From contig NC_043006.1 of assembly GCF_006345805.1 (NCBI RefSeq), forward strand, positions 90,520,001 to 90,584,000: a stretch of 64,000 nt of DNA, written 5' to 3'. A program made the translations under genes and the position numbers. This document shows positions 1 to 12,626 of the stretch, one piece after another; the stretch's first letter is position 1; each line of letters starts with the position of its first letter. The DNA comes from Octopus sinensis (taxonomy: Eukaryota). Below the pieces are notes generated by a model, which had not been told where the DNA came from, did no database searches, and worked only from the letters and a program-made list of their open reading frames with translations.

Positions 1-514
1 GTGGCTGTTGCCAAAAGGAAACAAGCAATAAATTTGTTCTCATTTAAATATTTTGTGTTGCTTATTTTTTATATTGGCGATTTGTCTGGTAGTAAAAATA
101 TAAATAGTAGTAGAAATTATATCTAGCAGTAACCTGGAAATATACACTGGAAAAGGCTCATAGATCATGTGTTGCTATAGCAACTGTGTTAGACAAGTGA
201 GACAAAGGTAGTACCTGCCAGTTGGGCGGATGGATGTCGGATGTTGGATGTCATAAAATGACAGATAAGTTAATAAAATTTATGTAATTACGTTTTAGAT
301 GGGGGTTTTTTGCCATTACTGATTAATATTTTTAATACAATTCTGTTAGTGTTTTTTTTTTTTATTTTACCGTTTTTTGCTTTTGTTGGCATTTTATCAA
401 TTTAACATGCCAAACATCATATAGACCCACACACAGACACACTTCTCAATGACCATGCATCTACAGCATAACTACAAACCAAAGACTAGACTTTCTCTTT
501 GGGCCTAAAATTAT

Positions 515-580
515 TTACTTCAACCCTGACCAATTGTTAAGCCTTTCAAAAGCTCCACCAAGGCAGTCTCTGTCTAAAAT
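515..580 (-). CDS. Candidate (possibly terminal) exon of an unidentified minus-strand gene: ILDRDCLGGAFERLNNWSGLK*
   Basis: Acceptor cattcgtttatag; phase 0 matches the donor of exon 2958-3019. An alternative donor aa|gtaaat lies at 518. Confidence 0.35.
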   Translation of the reverse strand: MLDRDCLGGAFERLNNWSGLK

Positions 581-1974
581 CTATAAACGAATGCATGCAG
601 TCCCCGAGTGGAGAGTTAATGCAAGGGAGATAATCATTACTTCATGATATTTGACAAGATGAGAAGAGTGAATTTCGAATTAAGGAAGAAGAGGCATAAA
701 ATACATGCCTTTTACCCTTTATTTGCTTAAGTCATTAGATTGTGACCGAGAAGGGGGAAAGTGTGGCCAAGCGAACCAACCCTGGTACTTTTTTCTTAAA
801 GCCTGGTACTTGTTCTATCAGTCGCTTTAGTCAAACCACTAAGTGAAGAGATGGTAACATACCAACACTAGCTGTCAACCTTTAGCTAACTTCTAATGAA
901 ATTCTTATATACACACAAATATATAAAAACACTATACTCATTATTATATTAGGAGATTCACCTACAATTGTTTCATTTCACAAATAAAATTAAAGCTACA
1001 TAACATATATAAATATGAAATTTTGCATTTTAAAATACCTTGGATGGAAAATCATCAGAGTGTACAAAGGACAATAAGGATTACATTATGATCTGTTGGG
1101 ATACTCAGAATATATATGGGAGAGAGAGAACAAATAAACTAATATAAAATAAAATTAGGGAGTAAGATTCTGGTGCTAAACATCCGTAGAGTCAATGCGA
1201 TAAGTCACTGACAAAAGTAACTGGGACCTTCAGTGGCTTGAATCTATCTGGCTGCAAAGAGGTTCTCTAGTCTCTCTTTGAATATTTATTAGCTGGCTGG
1301 TTATTAAACTGGAAAAGCAATTACTTCATAACAAACTATTCCATCCACACAGGCAGGAAAAAAAAAACAATTTCATTAACTCACTAAAATCTGCCACCTA
1401 CTTCATTCTAGAATATTTTCTACATCAAATTCATGTTTGAGTGTTTGGCATTAGGAAAGGCAATGCCATTGTATAAATACTAATATTTAGTCCTATAAAA
1501 ATGTTTCAATTTGCAACAAAATCATCCCTTTTCAATGAAAATGAAAATAAAAATACAAATAGGATCAGAAAAACAAAAAATAATTGGTTGAAATTCCTCA
1601 GTTGTATTTAATCTCAACATGAAGGCCAAATCAGTCAGCTGAATAATTGACTGGATGTTTTGATAAAACTGTGTGCCATTTAGAACAAAATTATCCTATC
1701 AGTAAAGAGATGTTCCATCACACTGTTTATTAATTGCCTAACCTGCCAAGTACAACGATAATTTAAAAGGAAGATATGTTGCTCATCCACATGGTTCACA
1801 AGAGTTGAGGAAACGAACATAAAGCATAGATGAAATGGATCACAGCATTTTACTTTATATTTTGAATGGGTGATGTAGAACTTTGGGGTTTTCTTTTTAC
1901 CTTCTTAAAATGTGTGAATCTTTTCAAATGACCTATAAATAAATAAATCATAACACTGAAATTCTATCTGTTTC

Positions 1975-2335
1975 AGTTATTGGACAGTAGCCATACTGCA
2001 GCAACACCTTGAAGGGGCTTTTGTAGTCAAAAGTATCAATCCCCAGGACTTATTCTTATGTTTGGTATTTACTCTATCAGACTCGTTTGCTGAACAGCTA
2101 AGTTACTGGAACATAACTAAAACATCAATGGTTTTCAAGTGGTGATACAGCTCACAGGGACCACAAATGCAAACACACACAATGGACTTGCACAATTTCC
2201 ACTTCCAAATTCATTCACATGGTATTGGTCAGCTCAAAGCTGTAGTAGAAGACACTTGCCCAAGGTGCTGTGCAGAGGGACTGAACTCAAAGCCATGTGA
2301 TTACAAAGTGAACTTTTTAACCACATAGCCATGCC
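1975..2335 (-). mobile_element. Older copy of the dominant SINE family
   Basis: Colinear with 60121-60486 but more diverged. Confidence 0.8.
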
Positions 2336-2957
2336 TGAAATTATTAAAATCCTTTAGATAAATTGCAATCTTTAAACCCTCTCACGAGTAGATTTATGAT
2401 AGAATAACATCTTATTTATCCATCATTGCAATACTGAGATGGGATTCCTCATGGCAGATTTTTGACAGTTGGCTGGCTTTCCTGTTGCTAACCCTCACCT
2501 ATTTCCAAGTAAGGTAATATTTTCCCCTGGCTGGACATGTTTACACAAAAAACTAGAAACAATTAACAATTTACATGATAATGATTCTCATTTACAACTA
2601 TCACAAGACAAAGAGAGAGAGACACACACAATGGGCTTCTTTCAGTTTTTTGACAACTGTGGAACGTAAAAAGCACCATTTGAACGTGGTTGATGTCAGT
2701 ATACCCTGACTGACGCCCATGCCGGTGGCATGTAAAAAGTACTATCCAAATGTGTTCGATGCCAGGACCACCTGACAAGCTCCTGTGCCCATGGCACATA
2801 AAAAGCACCCACTACACTCTTGGAGTGGTTGGTATTAGGAAGGGCACTGCCAGAGCAGATTGGAGCCTGGCTCTCCAGACCTCAGTCAAACAATCCAACC
2901 CATGCCAGAATGGAAAACAGATGTTAAACAACGATGATGATGATGAAATCTACTCAC

Positions 2958-3019
2958 CAAGTTTGTGATGGCCAGAAGACATTTTTGCAAGTTACCATGC
3001 CTTGTTTTTAAGAACGTGG
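2958..3019 (-). CDS. Candidate internal exon: (x)TFLKTRHGNLQKCLLAITNL
   Basis: Strong acceptor ttttctttccag and donor gtgagt; 62 bp; only the phase 1 to phase 0 frame is open throughout. Confidence 0.45.
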
Positions 3020-3117
3020 CTGGAAAGAAAATGTCTTAAACAGATGGACATAGCACGACCCAAATATCACTGCTACAACCAAATGATTGAAACACGTGAA
3101 AAATGATAGATGCAAAC

Positions 3118-3440
3118 ATAGCTGTGTGGTAAGCAGTTTGTTTCCCAACCATATGGTCTGGGTTCAGTTCCACCGCATGGCACCTTGGACAAGTGTACCG
3201 ACCAAAGCATTATGAGTGGATTTGGTAGAGGGAAACTAAAAGAAGCCTGTCATTCATATGCGTGTGTGTGTGCCCCAAAACCCTCTCTTGACAACTGGTG
3301 TTGGTGTGTTTACATTCCTATAGCTTATTCTTTTGGTCTTTTCCACGGAACTGTTGATTCTATTGCTAAAAATTTTTTAAGGCAGTGCCGTCGCATGGCC
3401 ACAGTCTGATGACTGAAACAACTAGAAGATAGAAAGAGAA
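3118..3440 (+). mobile_element. Older copy of the dominant SINE family
   Basis: gctgtgtggtaagcag...gggttcagttccaccgcatggcaccttggacaagtg. Confidence 0.8.
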
Positions 3441-3521
3441 AAGATGCTTATGACCCAACTGTCTTGTATTGAACAAACATTCAGAAATTCTTTAATCTGG
3501 TTTAATAGCCATTAACCTTGC

Positions 3522-3552
<31 letters not shown>

Positions 3553-4373
3553 TGCACAAACACACACACGCACAAACACACACGCACACACACACACACG
3601 CACCAGAATGGCATAGAAACAACCCATGATGCAAGGAAGATTACTTCTGATGCTGGGGATGGTCCAACAAATGAGATATTTGGGAATTAGAAGTATATCA
3701 TTTCTGCTATTTCCTATCTTTAAATATTAGACAAAGTCACTCTTTTATTTACCATTCCTACATGATGTTTTATCATTTCTCATCATTCTTCCAGCATCAC
3801 AGTTTGAAATGAGAAATTATATCAATGCAACCATTATGGGAAATGACAGAATTTCGTAGTTTATTTATTTTTTTCCTTTTTGCTATTGGATCCATGCCTT
3901 ACATATATTGGAAGCATTTTATCTAATATTCTCTACGAGAAAAACATGATTGCTATTTTAGAAGAAAGAACATGCATACATAAATGTGAGTTGGTGTCTA
4001 TTTTATGTATGTGCATATGTACCTACACAGGTAACTTGCTGGGCTCAAATCTCATTTGCAGACCCATGGAACACAAACCTCCACCAATTACTCTGCCTAT
4101 CTTTCTGTGCTGACCTGTCAATGCTGTGTATGCCTTATGGTCTGTAAATCTAATGGACGCCTCAAAGGATATTTTGAGATACACAAAGATCAGAACCTAA
4201 CTGTAGCTCTTGGTGGTCCAAAGTAGATATGCAGTTCCTGTAGGTGTCTTTTCAAAACAATGTCTGGTTTATAAAAAACCACATCAGATGCCATGATAGA
4301 TTTAAGGTGTAAGTACAAGAGGTGGTCAGACTCTGTATGAGTAGTAAACAACCACCCTATATTAAGATAGATA

Positions 4374-4374
<1 letters not shown>

Positions 4375-4424
<50 letters not shown>
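4375..4424. repeat. (TG)n microsatellite
   Basis: Direct reading. Confidence 0.97.
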
Positions 4425-4426
<2 letters not shown>

Positions 4427-5503
4427 GGTGTGTGTGTGTAAGTTTGAAAAAGGAAAAAAATTACTTCACTGGTGGTTCTAATCAATTTAATTTTCTAATA
4501 ATATAATTTTACAGTTTGGCTTTTAGATCCAGTAAGTTCTATGTTAACATTGGAAGGTGGGATTTTTTAAAACTTCCTTGATAACCTTTCTGAAGAACTT
4601 TCTGGCATTCATTGTCAAACTGGTCTCAGGTTGTATTGTGCTGAGTGATTCTATAAATAAGAGATTTGGGTGTGTCCATGGTGGGGTTGGGGTTTGTTAA
4701 TAAGCACAGGAGTTAAGGAGTGTTGATGAACAAGAGCTGCAAGAATAGAGTGAATGATAAAAACAAGATAATTGATTGAGGGTGGAGTTTAAAGATGGTG
4801 AGGTGTTTAAGGAGTGTTTTATGAAGGGCTTGTGAAATTGTCCTCCTGTTGGTTTCATTTGAATAGTTGACCTTTAGTAAAAAATATAATGGTCAGATGT
4901 TTTTCAAATTCTCTTATGGCTGAATCAACTAAATTTTATAGAGAGAAGCTTCAGTAATTTTCTGTGTTAAAGATGAAGTTAGGTGTGTGTCCGGGGTGAG
5001 GGAGGGTGTTAATGAGGTCTAAGATACATGTCTTTTGATAAAAAGGGGATGATAGCAGAGAGAAAAAAATATAAGGTTGGTTTTGGAACATATGTTGATA
5101 GATATGTAATTTTTTGCATAAGTTTGGGAGGGGAAAGATCATGCTAGCTCACATATTTACTTCCTCACATATAAACAAAAAGTACATATACATATATACA
5201 AACATATATATATATATACGTATACACATGCGCATATACACATATACACAAGCACATATACATGCACATGTACATACACACACACAAATTTACCCATACA
5301 CAGATGCACATATGTAGCACTAAGTTTTGTCAGTGAACAGGTCGTGATTTCAAAGTGACAAAAATATTTTGACGAATTTAAATGTTGAAGTGAATCTAAC
5401 AGTTTTTGTGTGTTTTAAATGGCTTATAAACACCTTCCACGCTGCAATTGTTTTTGTTTCAGCACACAATCTCAGAACAAGTTACTTACTATGCAAGTAC
5501 ATC

Positions 5504-5546
<43 letters not shown>

Positions 5547-5662
5547 TGGTGTAATTTAATTGTTCATTTTGAATTAATAAAAGGTGTTTTTTTTTCTAAT
5601 TTTTTATATATATATTATATTGTGTGAAATTTGATTTAGTATTTCTAAATTGAATTTTTTAT

Positions 5663-5913
5663 ATCATCATCATCATCATCATCATCATCGTTTAACGTCC
5701 GTTTTCCGCGCTAGCACGGGTTGGACGGTTTCGACCGGGGTCTGGGGAGCTCGGGACTGCCCCAGGCTCCAGTCTAGTCTGGCAGTGTTTCTACAGCTGG
5801 ATGCCCTTCCTAACGCCAACCACTCCGCGAGTGTAGTGGGTGTTTTTTACGTGCCACCTGCACAGGTGCCAGAGGGGTCTGGCATCGGCCACGTTCGGAT
5901 GGTGCTTTTTATG
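5663..5913 (-). mobile_element. RTE-tail retroposon inside the Penelope-like region
   Basis: (CAT)n tail, tttaacgtccgttttcc..gctagcacgggttggac; related copies at about 2660-2946, 22820-23140, 27590-27918, 51717-51950 and 54290-54678. Confidence 0.85.
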
Positions 5914-6485
5914 TGGGGGGGGGTATAGAAATATATAGGGGAGCACCAGTGGGGAGGGGTGGTTCAGAGAAATGATGACAGGTTCTAGGCAAGTAGAACG
6001 TAGGATATCAAGAGAGGGGTAATGCATGGTGAAATAGCGTGTTGAAGAGGGGGGTTCGAAGAGTAGACACCTATAATGGTGGTGGGAGAAGCGACATCCA
6101 GTATAGATGGAACAAAAATATAGAGATATCCAGTATTGGTGGTGGGGGTGGTGGGCAGGGCGGGTGCACCGGGAATATGCGAAGGTTGAACTTTAGAGAA
6201 ACGGGCGGGAATGGCGATGTTTTTAGGGTGGCATGTAGAAAGAAAAGGAAAGCAAAGCAGATTGGTGGTTATAAGTTCAAAACATTTAAACGGTAGACAA
6301 ATGTATGTATGTATGAAATAGAAGGGAGAAATCTTAGCCTGCTCATGGACATCGCTGCAAGTCAGGGGAAGAAATGATAGTGAATGGTGGAGATCGAATT
6401 AAAGGGAATATGCGAAGGTTGAACTTTAGAGAAACGGGCGGGAATAGCGATGTTTTTAGGGTGGCATGTAGAAAGAAAAGGAAAG

Positions 6486-6489
<4 letters not shown>

Positions 6490-6562
<73 letters not shown>
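6490..6562. repeat. Perfect (TA)n microsatellite
   Basis: Direct reading. Confidence 0.97.
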
Positions 6563-6565
<3 letters not shown>

Positions 6566-6820
6566 TTACTTGAGGGAATAAAATCCAAAACTTACAAGGA
6601 AAAAAATTCAATTTAGAAATACTAAATCAAATTTCACACAATATAATATATATATAAAAAATTAGAAAAAAAACCACCTTTTATCAATTCAAAATGAACA
6701 ATTGAATTACGCCATCTAGAAAATTACATATAATAGAAATATTAAAATTAAAATAATAATAAAATGTCAATGATTAAGTAAATTGCAAAAAAATAATAAT
6801 AACGTATATAATTTGTAGAA

Positions 6821-6909
6821 TAACGACACGTGTTTCGTGGCAATATTTAAGAAATGATGATAGTAGAAGAGAAATCACTTTGATATAAATATTGTCACTC
6901 ATCGGGTTA
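6821..6909 (-). ncRNA. Type I hammerhead ribozyme motif of the Penelope-associated kind
   Basis: UAAC-CCGAUGA-GUGACAAUAUUUA...UAAAUAUUGCCAC-GAAAC-ACGU-GUC-GUUA. Helix II has 12 of 13 pairs, helix III has a palindromic loop, the cleavage triplet is GUC and helix I has 4 bp. Confidence 0.65.
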
Positions 6910-7564
6910 AAAATAAACTAGAACAATAAAATAATTAACAAATATACTTTGATATATATATATATAATGAAAAAACTAAATATACATAAGTGAAAACTAA
7001 AACAATACTTAAATCATTAAATACTTTAAAATTAAATAAAATACACAAAGCTAGTACAAGTCATTAAATTGTAATCAAAATAAGAAATGGTTCAGTAAAT
7101 TATTTAATTATTAGGTGGCTTATTTATTTGTATAAATAAATTTCTATTTATCATTTTCATCATTCACTCTTTTCTTTCAGCTCTTGTTCATCAACACTCC
7201 TTAACTCCTGCACTTATTAACAAACCCCAACCCCACCACAGACACACCCAAATCTCTTATCTATAGAATCACTCAGCACAACACAACCTGAGATCAGTTT
7301 GACATACATATATATATATACATACATACACACACTCACACATACATCATACGCACACATAACAGATATATATCTACACACACACATTTTTTCTAGTTCA
7401 TATGAACACATACATTTGCAAATACATTCTCACCTGTATAGTTATATATGCCTACATACATATGCATATGTACACACACACATATGTATATCTATCTACA
7501 TTACTCAAGTACTTAACTTTATGTGTACATTGGTGGGAGGAGGATTAGTGAAATGGTAGCGTAC

Positions 7565-7668
7565 CTTCCAGGGTTGCTCTTTTCAATAATTGAATGATTG
7601 AAAGTGTGGGTGTCATCCACACTATTTGGATATATGCATCGTTTTTTGTCTTTTTTTAAATAAAAAGC
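7565..7668 (-). CDS. Candidate internal exon: AFYLKKDKKRCIYPNSVDDTHTFNHSIIEKSNPG(R/S)
   Basis: Acceptor attctctcag, donor aag|gtacgc; 104 bp; single open frame, phase 0 to phase 2 (within ORF 7519..7731). Confidence 0.45.
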
Positions 7669-7893
7669 CTGAGAGAATTCTATTATTGAGGGGGTGGGGT
7701 GGAAATACAGCTTTGACATTTGTTTGCTCATGCTGTAGGGACTTGTTATGTAGAATGTTTATAAAAACAAAAAGACAGAGTGTAAGAAAAATATGGTTAG
7801 TTCAATATTTAACAAAAAAAATAAAAAGGAACAGATGAAATAGTTAAGTAATGAAGAGATGGATTTAATCAATTTCAATATTTAGACATGTAC

Positions 7894-7942
<49 letters not shown>

Positions 7943-7999
7943 GTCATGTTGAATCTCCTCTGCCACTGGACGGTTCTCCTTCACAATGAAGATTGCAAT

Positions 8000-8760
8000 A
8001 TTATATGAAGACTACTACAAAGCACACAGGCACCCTCGACTGATGCAGTGAAGATCTTGAATCTTAAAACCTTAAAAACGAGTTGGGTCAATGGAGAGTC
8101 TAGCAATGGGAACAAATCTAAAAGTTCTGATATATGGCTCTGCTTTGTCACAAGAACAAAATGAACACAACTGATTCATAATTGATCCTCACAGGGAGGC
8201 CAGGTTACTTGGGGAAGATTCCTTAAGGCTGGTAAGGAATATAATTACTTCCAGAAGGTTACCAAAGTGTAATATAACTCCAGCTTTGCTATGAGGAAGA
8301 TCTTCAGAGTTAAGCTGACCTTGAAAGCTGATGGCATTACTGAATGGTTCACGTCTGTTTGTGATCAAGTGCCCAGGGAGGTTTTGGTAAATGACATTAT
8401 GAAAGACAAAGCAATAAACTAAACTATCCAGTTAACAGGAAAGTCTACGGGAAGACAGGGGAGATGAATAAAGGTTAAGATGCGGAAGTAGGAAGTGTGA
8501 GAAATGTGAGTGGGAGACATCGATTAAGAAGATCAAATGGCTTCTGTTGTTTGCTTTAAATGTAAACACTCAGAAGTATTGCAATGAAATTGGATTTTAG
8601 TGGAAGCAAGAGAGTGGAAGTCAAGACAACAACTGTAGACTGAACTGAAAAGGTTTAGAAGTCCATGAGAAATGAATAAGGAAGCAAGAATATAAAGAGG
8701 CCAGGTGTGACTTAAAGAAGGAATGACATGAGCCAGTCTAAGGAACGGAAGGTGTACTGA
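8000..8760 (-). mobile_element. Highly degenerate CR1-like LINE fragment
   Basis: Stop-riddled translations loosely resembling the CR1 ORF2 C-terminus; similar in character to 21380-21650. Confidence 0.35.
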
Positions 8761-8875
8761 AGAACTAGAAGCCAAACTGAAGACATTCGTATAATAGAAA
8801 ATATATATAAGTGGCTCGACAGGGTAGAGATTTAAATCTATTCAGCCTGTACAACATGCATACATGCATGCACGT

Positions 8876-8876
<1 letters not shown>

Positions 8877-8917
<41 letters not shown>
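8877..8917. repeat. (CA)n microsatellite
   Basis: Direct reading. Confidence 0.97.
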
Positions 8918-8920
<3 letters not shown>

Positions 8921-9539
8921 AAGAAAGAAGTTCATGGCTGTAGAAATACACTTTTGGAATATCACCTCTTGGAAAGAGGCCAAGAAATATTCCTGGCATC
9001 AATTAAAATTAAATACCTGCAAATGTCTGCACTTAAAATATTAACAAATAAAATAGTTAAAAAAAAAAAAAAAACCTTAAGTCTGGAACTAGTTTCTTTG
9101 CATTAATATGAAATTCAATTAAAGAAAAAAATAATGACTGCCCAAATATCTGAACAACTTAGGATCAATATTGATCCTAAGTTTCTACCTTTAAATGATT
9201 ATGGTAAAAGATAAGAATATGCAATAAAGATACCTATATTCATAAATATATCTCACCAACCCAACCAACACACATATATTCATAAACATGTCATATACCT
9301 TCATCACTTATCTATATATTCTTTCATTCTTTTATTCTTTTTATTCCACTCATTCAACTTTGGCCATCCTGAAGCACCACCTTTAGTCGAACAAATCAAC
9401 CCCAGGATCTATTCTTTGTAAGCCTAGTACTTATTCTATTGGTCTCTTTTGCCGAACCGCTAGGTTATGGGATGTAAACACACCAACATCAATTGTCGAG
9501 TGATGGTGGGTGGGGGGACAAACACATATACACACCCAT

Positions 9540-9860
9540 ATATATATCTTCTAATGGTAGTAATATGGAGATCCTCAGATTAATACCATTCCTTCCTCCA
9601 ATCCCATCACCTACCTCTCCCTCCCAAGTACATAGAGAAATACCCACACAGCAAGATTGGCCTTCATACTGGCAAGAAGGGATAAACATCTCTCTGTGAT
9701 TCATCCAATAATGCAGTATCATCCGATGAAATGAATCGATGATGATCGACCGGATGCCCACGGATAATACGAACTATATAGAACTAATCTCAAGGATACT
9801 GACTGATGTCAAAAGCATTTGATTGATGGAAATGCATGTAGCAATGTATTAAATATTTAT
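9540..9860 (+). mobile_element. Possible 3' remnant of a second Penelope-like element
   Basis: Peptide ending ...PSYWQEGINISL* followed by a degenerate hammerhead-like motif at 9803-9848. Confidence 0.25.
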
Positions 9861-10065
9861 AAATTCCATCCCAGAATTATTATTATTAATATTATTGTTA
9901 TTATATACATATATACATATACACACACAAACATATATATATATATATATATACTAAGCAATAAAGGGTTTAGCAACGAATTGCCTTACCATAGACCGAA
10001 TTTAGAATTCATATATATATATATATATATATATGAATTCTGCCAAATGCGAGTTTTTTTCTTTT

Positions 10066-11755
10066 CAGGTACATGAAGCCACTGTCCCCAATCCCAGGGT
10101 CTCACGGGCCCATCCCTCCCACACCCTCAGGGTTGGCACTCACAACGTTGCCACACTGAAAGGTAGGTCTAGTGAGATTGTTGAGATGCTTGAACGGAGA
10201 TGTGTTGATATATGCTGCATCCAAGAAGTAAGGTGGAGAGGAGGTTCTGTAAGGTTCCTCACAGGCAAAGAATGCAGGTAGAAGATTTTCTGGGCGGGGA
10301 ACACTGACGGGGTCAGGGGCGTTGGTATACTTCTCGCTGAAAAATGGGTAGATAAGGTAATTGAGGTAGAATTATGCAACAGAATAGTTAAGATTGGATT
10401 AGTGCTTTACCATGGGTTAGCAACCTTTATATCGGCCTATACCCCTCAGCTGGGGCTACCTGATGGACAGAAAGACCAATTCTATGACACCCTACTGCAG
10501 ACTACCTCGTTGACGAACGACAGCGACCTTCTTTTTGTGGCTGGTGACTTCAATGGACATGTTGGACAACATACACAGGGCTTCCATGGCGTATATGGAG
10601 GCTATGGCTATGGTTCCCGCAATAAGGAGGGAACCAGGCTGCTGGAGTTCTGCGATGCAAATGATCTTATGGTTTGCAATACTAACTTCAGGAAATCTAC
10701 CAGTCACCTAATGATCGGGCCGACATACTAGCCAAATTGACTACATCCTTGCCAGAAAAAGGGAAAGATGGCTGCTTATAAATGCCAAAACCTTCCCAGG
10801 TGAAGAATGTACCCCACAACATAGACTGGTAGTTAGTGACTTTAGGATCAGGACTAAGTGGATGCCCAGAAGACGACCAACATGGAGAAGAAGAATCTGG
10901 AAGCTTAAAGATCCTGCGAATGGATAGAGATTTAGAGACATATTACTCGAAGCCGTTGACGAAATAGAAGGGGATATAGATTCACATAGTGTAGAAGACA
11001 ACTATAGGTTTCGACGGGACAACCTGCTGAGAGCCACTGACCAGATCTGTGGATGGTATAAAGTCCCCTCTCGACCCAAAATAACATGGTGGTGGAACAA
11101 TGTTGTAGATAGGGCTATTAGAGAAAAGAGACAGGCTTGGAAGGACTAGAAGAATGGTGGTAGCAGGGAATTGTATCAGACTGCCAGAAGAGAAGCTAGG
11201 AGACAGGTTTACTTAGCCAGAGGGGAAGCAGATAAGAAAAAATTTGCCAATGTTCTGTGCCATGAGGACCAAAGATTTGAGGTATTTCGTGATGCAAGAC
11301 AGTGTGTGAGAGAGAATCGTGATGTTGTAGGAGAGAAATGTGTCCGCCTGGATGATGGTTCTCTTGCACTAAATGAGGCTGCAAAGAGAGAGATTTGGAG
11401 ACGCCACTATGAAAGGTTGCTGAACAAACAAAATGAATGGGGGAAAGAGAGTCTGCCGATTGTCCACCCAACAGAGGGACCAGCTATCCGAGCTGACAGT
11501 ATCTTGGTAGTTAAAGCAATTAAAAGTATGAAGACAGGGAAAGCCCCAGGCTCCTCAGGAATTACTGCAGAGATGCTCAAAATATCTGGCAGTGTTGGCA
11601 TTAGCCTGGTCACCCGTATAGTTAACCAGGTGATACACGAAGGAGTCATACCCAATGACTGGTGTACCAGCATAATAGTCAACTGCTACAAAGGTAAAGG
11701 TGACGCTTTAGATACAAATAACTACAGAGGTATCAAGCTGTTAGATCAGGTAATG
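10066..11755 (+). mobile_element. RTE-clade LINE ORF2 pseudogene: AP endonuclease plus RT N-terminus, 3'-truncated
   Basis: LRVGTHNVATL, DICCIQEVRW, ISAYTPQ, VAGDFNGHVG, RLLEFC motifs; KTGKAPG and YKGKGDALDTNNYRGIKLL; several in-frame stops. Confidence 0.93.
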
Positions 11756-11946
11756 TCAGGTGTCCCAGATGAACCAACTTCACGGCAGGAGGGGCAGATG
11801 AGGGCAGCTGCATCGAACTCTCTCATGCACCAAATGGCAGTTGCTAGAAAGCTTTCGTGAAGTGAAACCAAGTAGCAACACCAAATGGTGGTGCCCCAGC
11901 ATGGCCACAGCTCATAAGCTGAAACTAGAATCAATCAATCAATCAA
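11756..11946 (+). mobile_element. 3' part of a SINE-like repeat with an (ATCA)n tail
   Basis: ggtgccccagcatggccacagctc...gaaactagaatcaatcaatcaatc; the same motif recurs in the window's SINE tails. Confidence 0.55.
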
Positions 11947-11949
11947 TTA

Positions 11950-11983
11950 ATCATATATATATACGTGTATATATATATATGTG

Positions 11984-12029
<46 letters not shown>

Positions 12030-12065
12030 CGTGTATATATATATATATGTGTATATATATATGTG

Positions 12066-12118
<53 letters not shown>

Positions 12119-12239
12119 GTATATATATATATGTGTGTATATATATATATATATGTATATATGTATATGTATATATATGTATATTTATATATATGTATAT
12201 ATGTATATGTATATATATGTATATTTATATATATGTATA

Positions 12240-12285
<46 letters not shown>

Positions 12286-12305
12286 TACATATATATATAT
12301 ATACA
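11950..12305. repeat. Long complex (TA)n/(TATG)n microsatellite
   Basis: About 355 bp of alternating purine-pyrimidine sequence. Confidence 0.97.
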
Positions 12306-12306
12306 T

Positions 12307-12549
12307 GCAGCCACTCTCCTAGTTTACCAGCAATGCCAAGGTCTCGTAGCTTATGACTTATCATGCCATGATCTACTTTATCAAATGCCTTTGCAAAGTC
12401 AAGGTATATCACACTGACATCTGAATGGTCAAGCAGCTGCTTCAAAACCTGGTCATAGTGCTGAAGGAGCTGTGTGGGCAGAAGCCATGCTGAGTATTGT
12501 TCAGTCGGTCATTTTCTTCTAGGAACATTATCAACTTCTTTCTCATGAT
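12307..12549 (-). mobile_element. CR1-clade LINE reverse transcriptase fragment
   Basis: [35 protein letters not shown]; upstream NTQHGF motif in another frame. Confidence 0.88.
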
Positions 12550-12626
12550 TCGCTCCCCAGTTAAACTGTCCAACCCATGCCAGCATGGAAAGTGGACGTT
12601 AAACAATGATGATGATATAGACTTAC

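Larger units (their letters stand above)
4500..7304 (-). mobile_element. Rearranged, degenerate Penelope-like retroelement (RT C-terminal remnant, GIY-YIG remnant, pseudo-LTR with hammerhead)
   Basis: Minus-strand peptides SLIYRITQHNTT*DQFDNECQKVLQKGY (about 4.6 kb) and GYLYIF..CSIYTGCRFSHHH...LEPVIISLNHP (about 5.95-6.15 kb, frameshifted); internal inverted and direct repeats; hammerhead motif. Confidence 0.6.

Noticed and set aside
5791-6588. Glycine-rich plus-strand ORFs (6039-6296, 6374-6562)
   Set aside because: Antisense to the Penelope GIY-YIG remnant and its internal direct repeat.
11841-12417. Several 110-170 aa Y/I-rich ORFs
   Set aside because: Translations of a (TA)n-type microsatellite that lacks stop codons; the same applies to HT/CV/RE/SL-repeat ORFs elsewhere.
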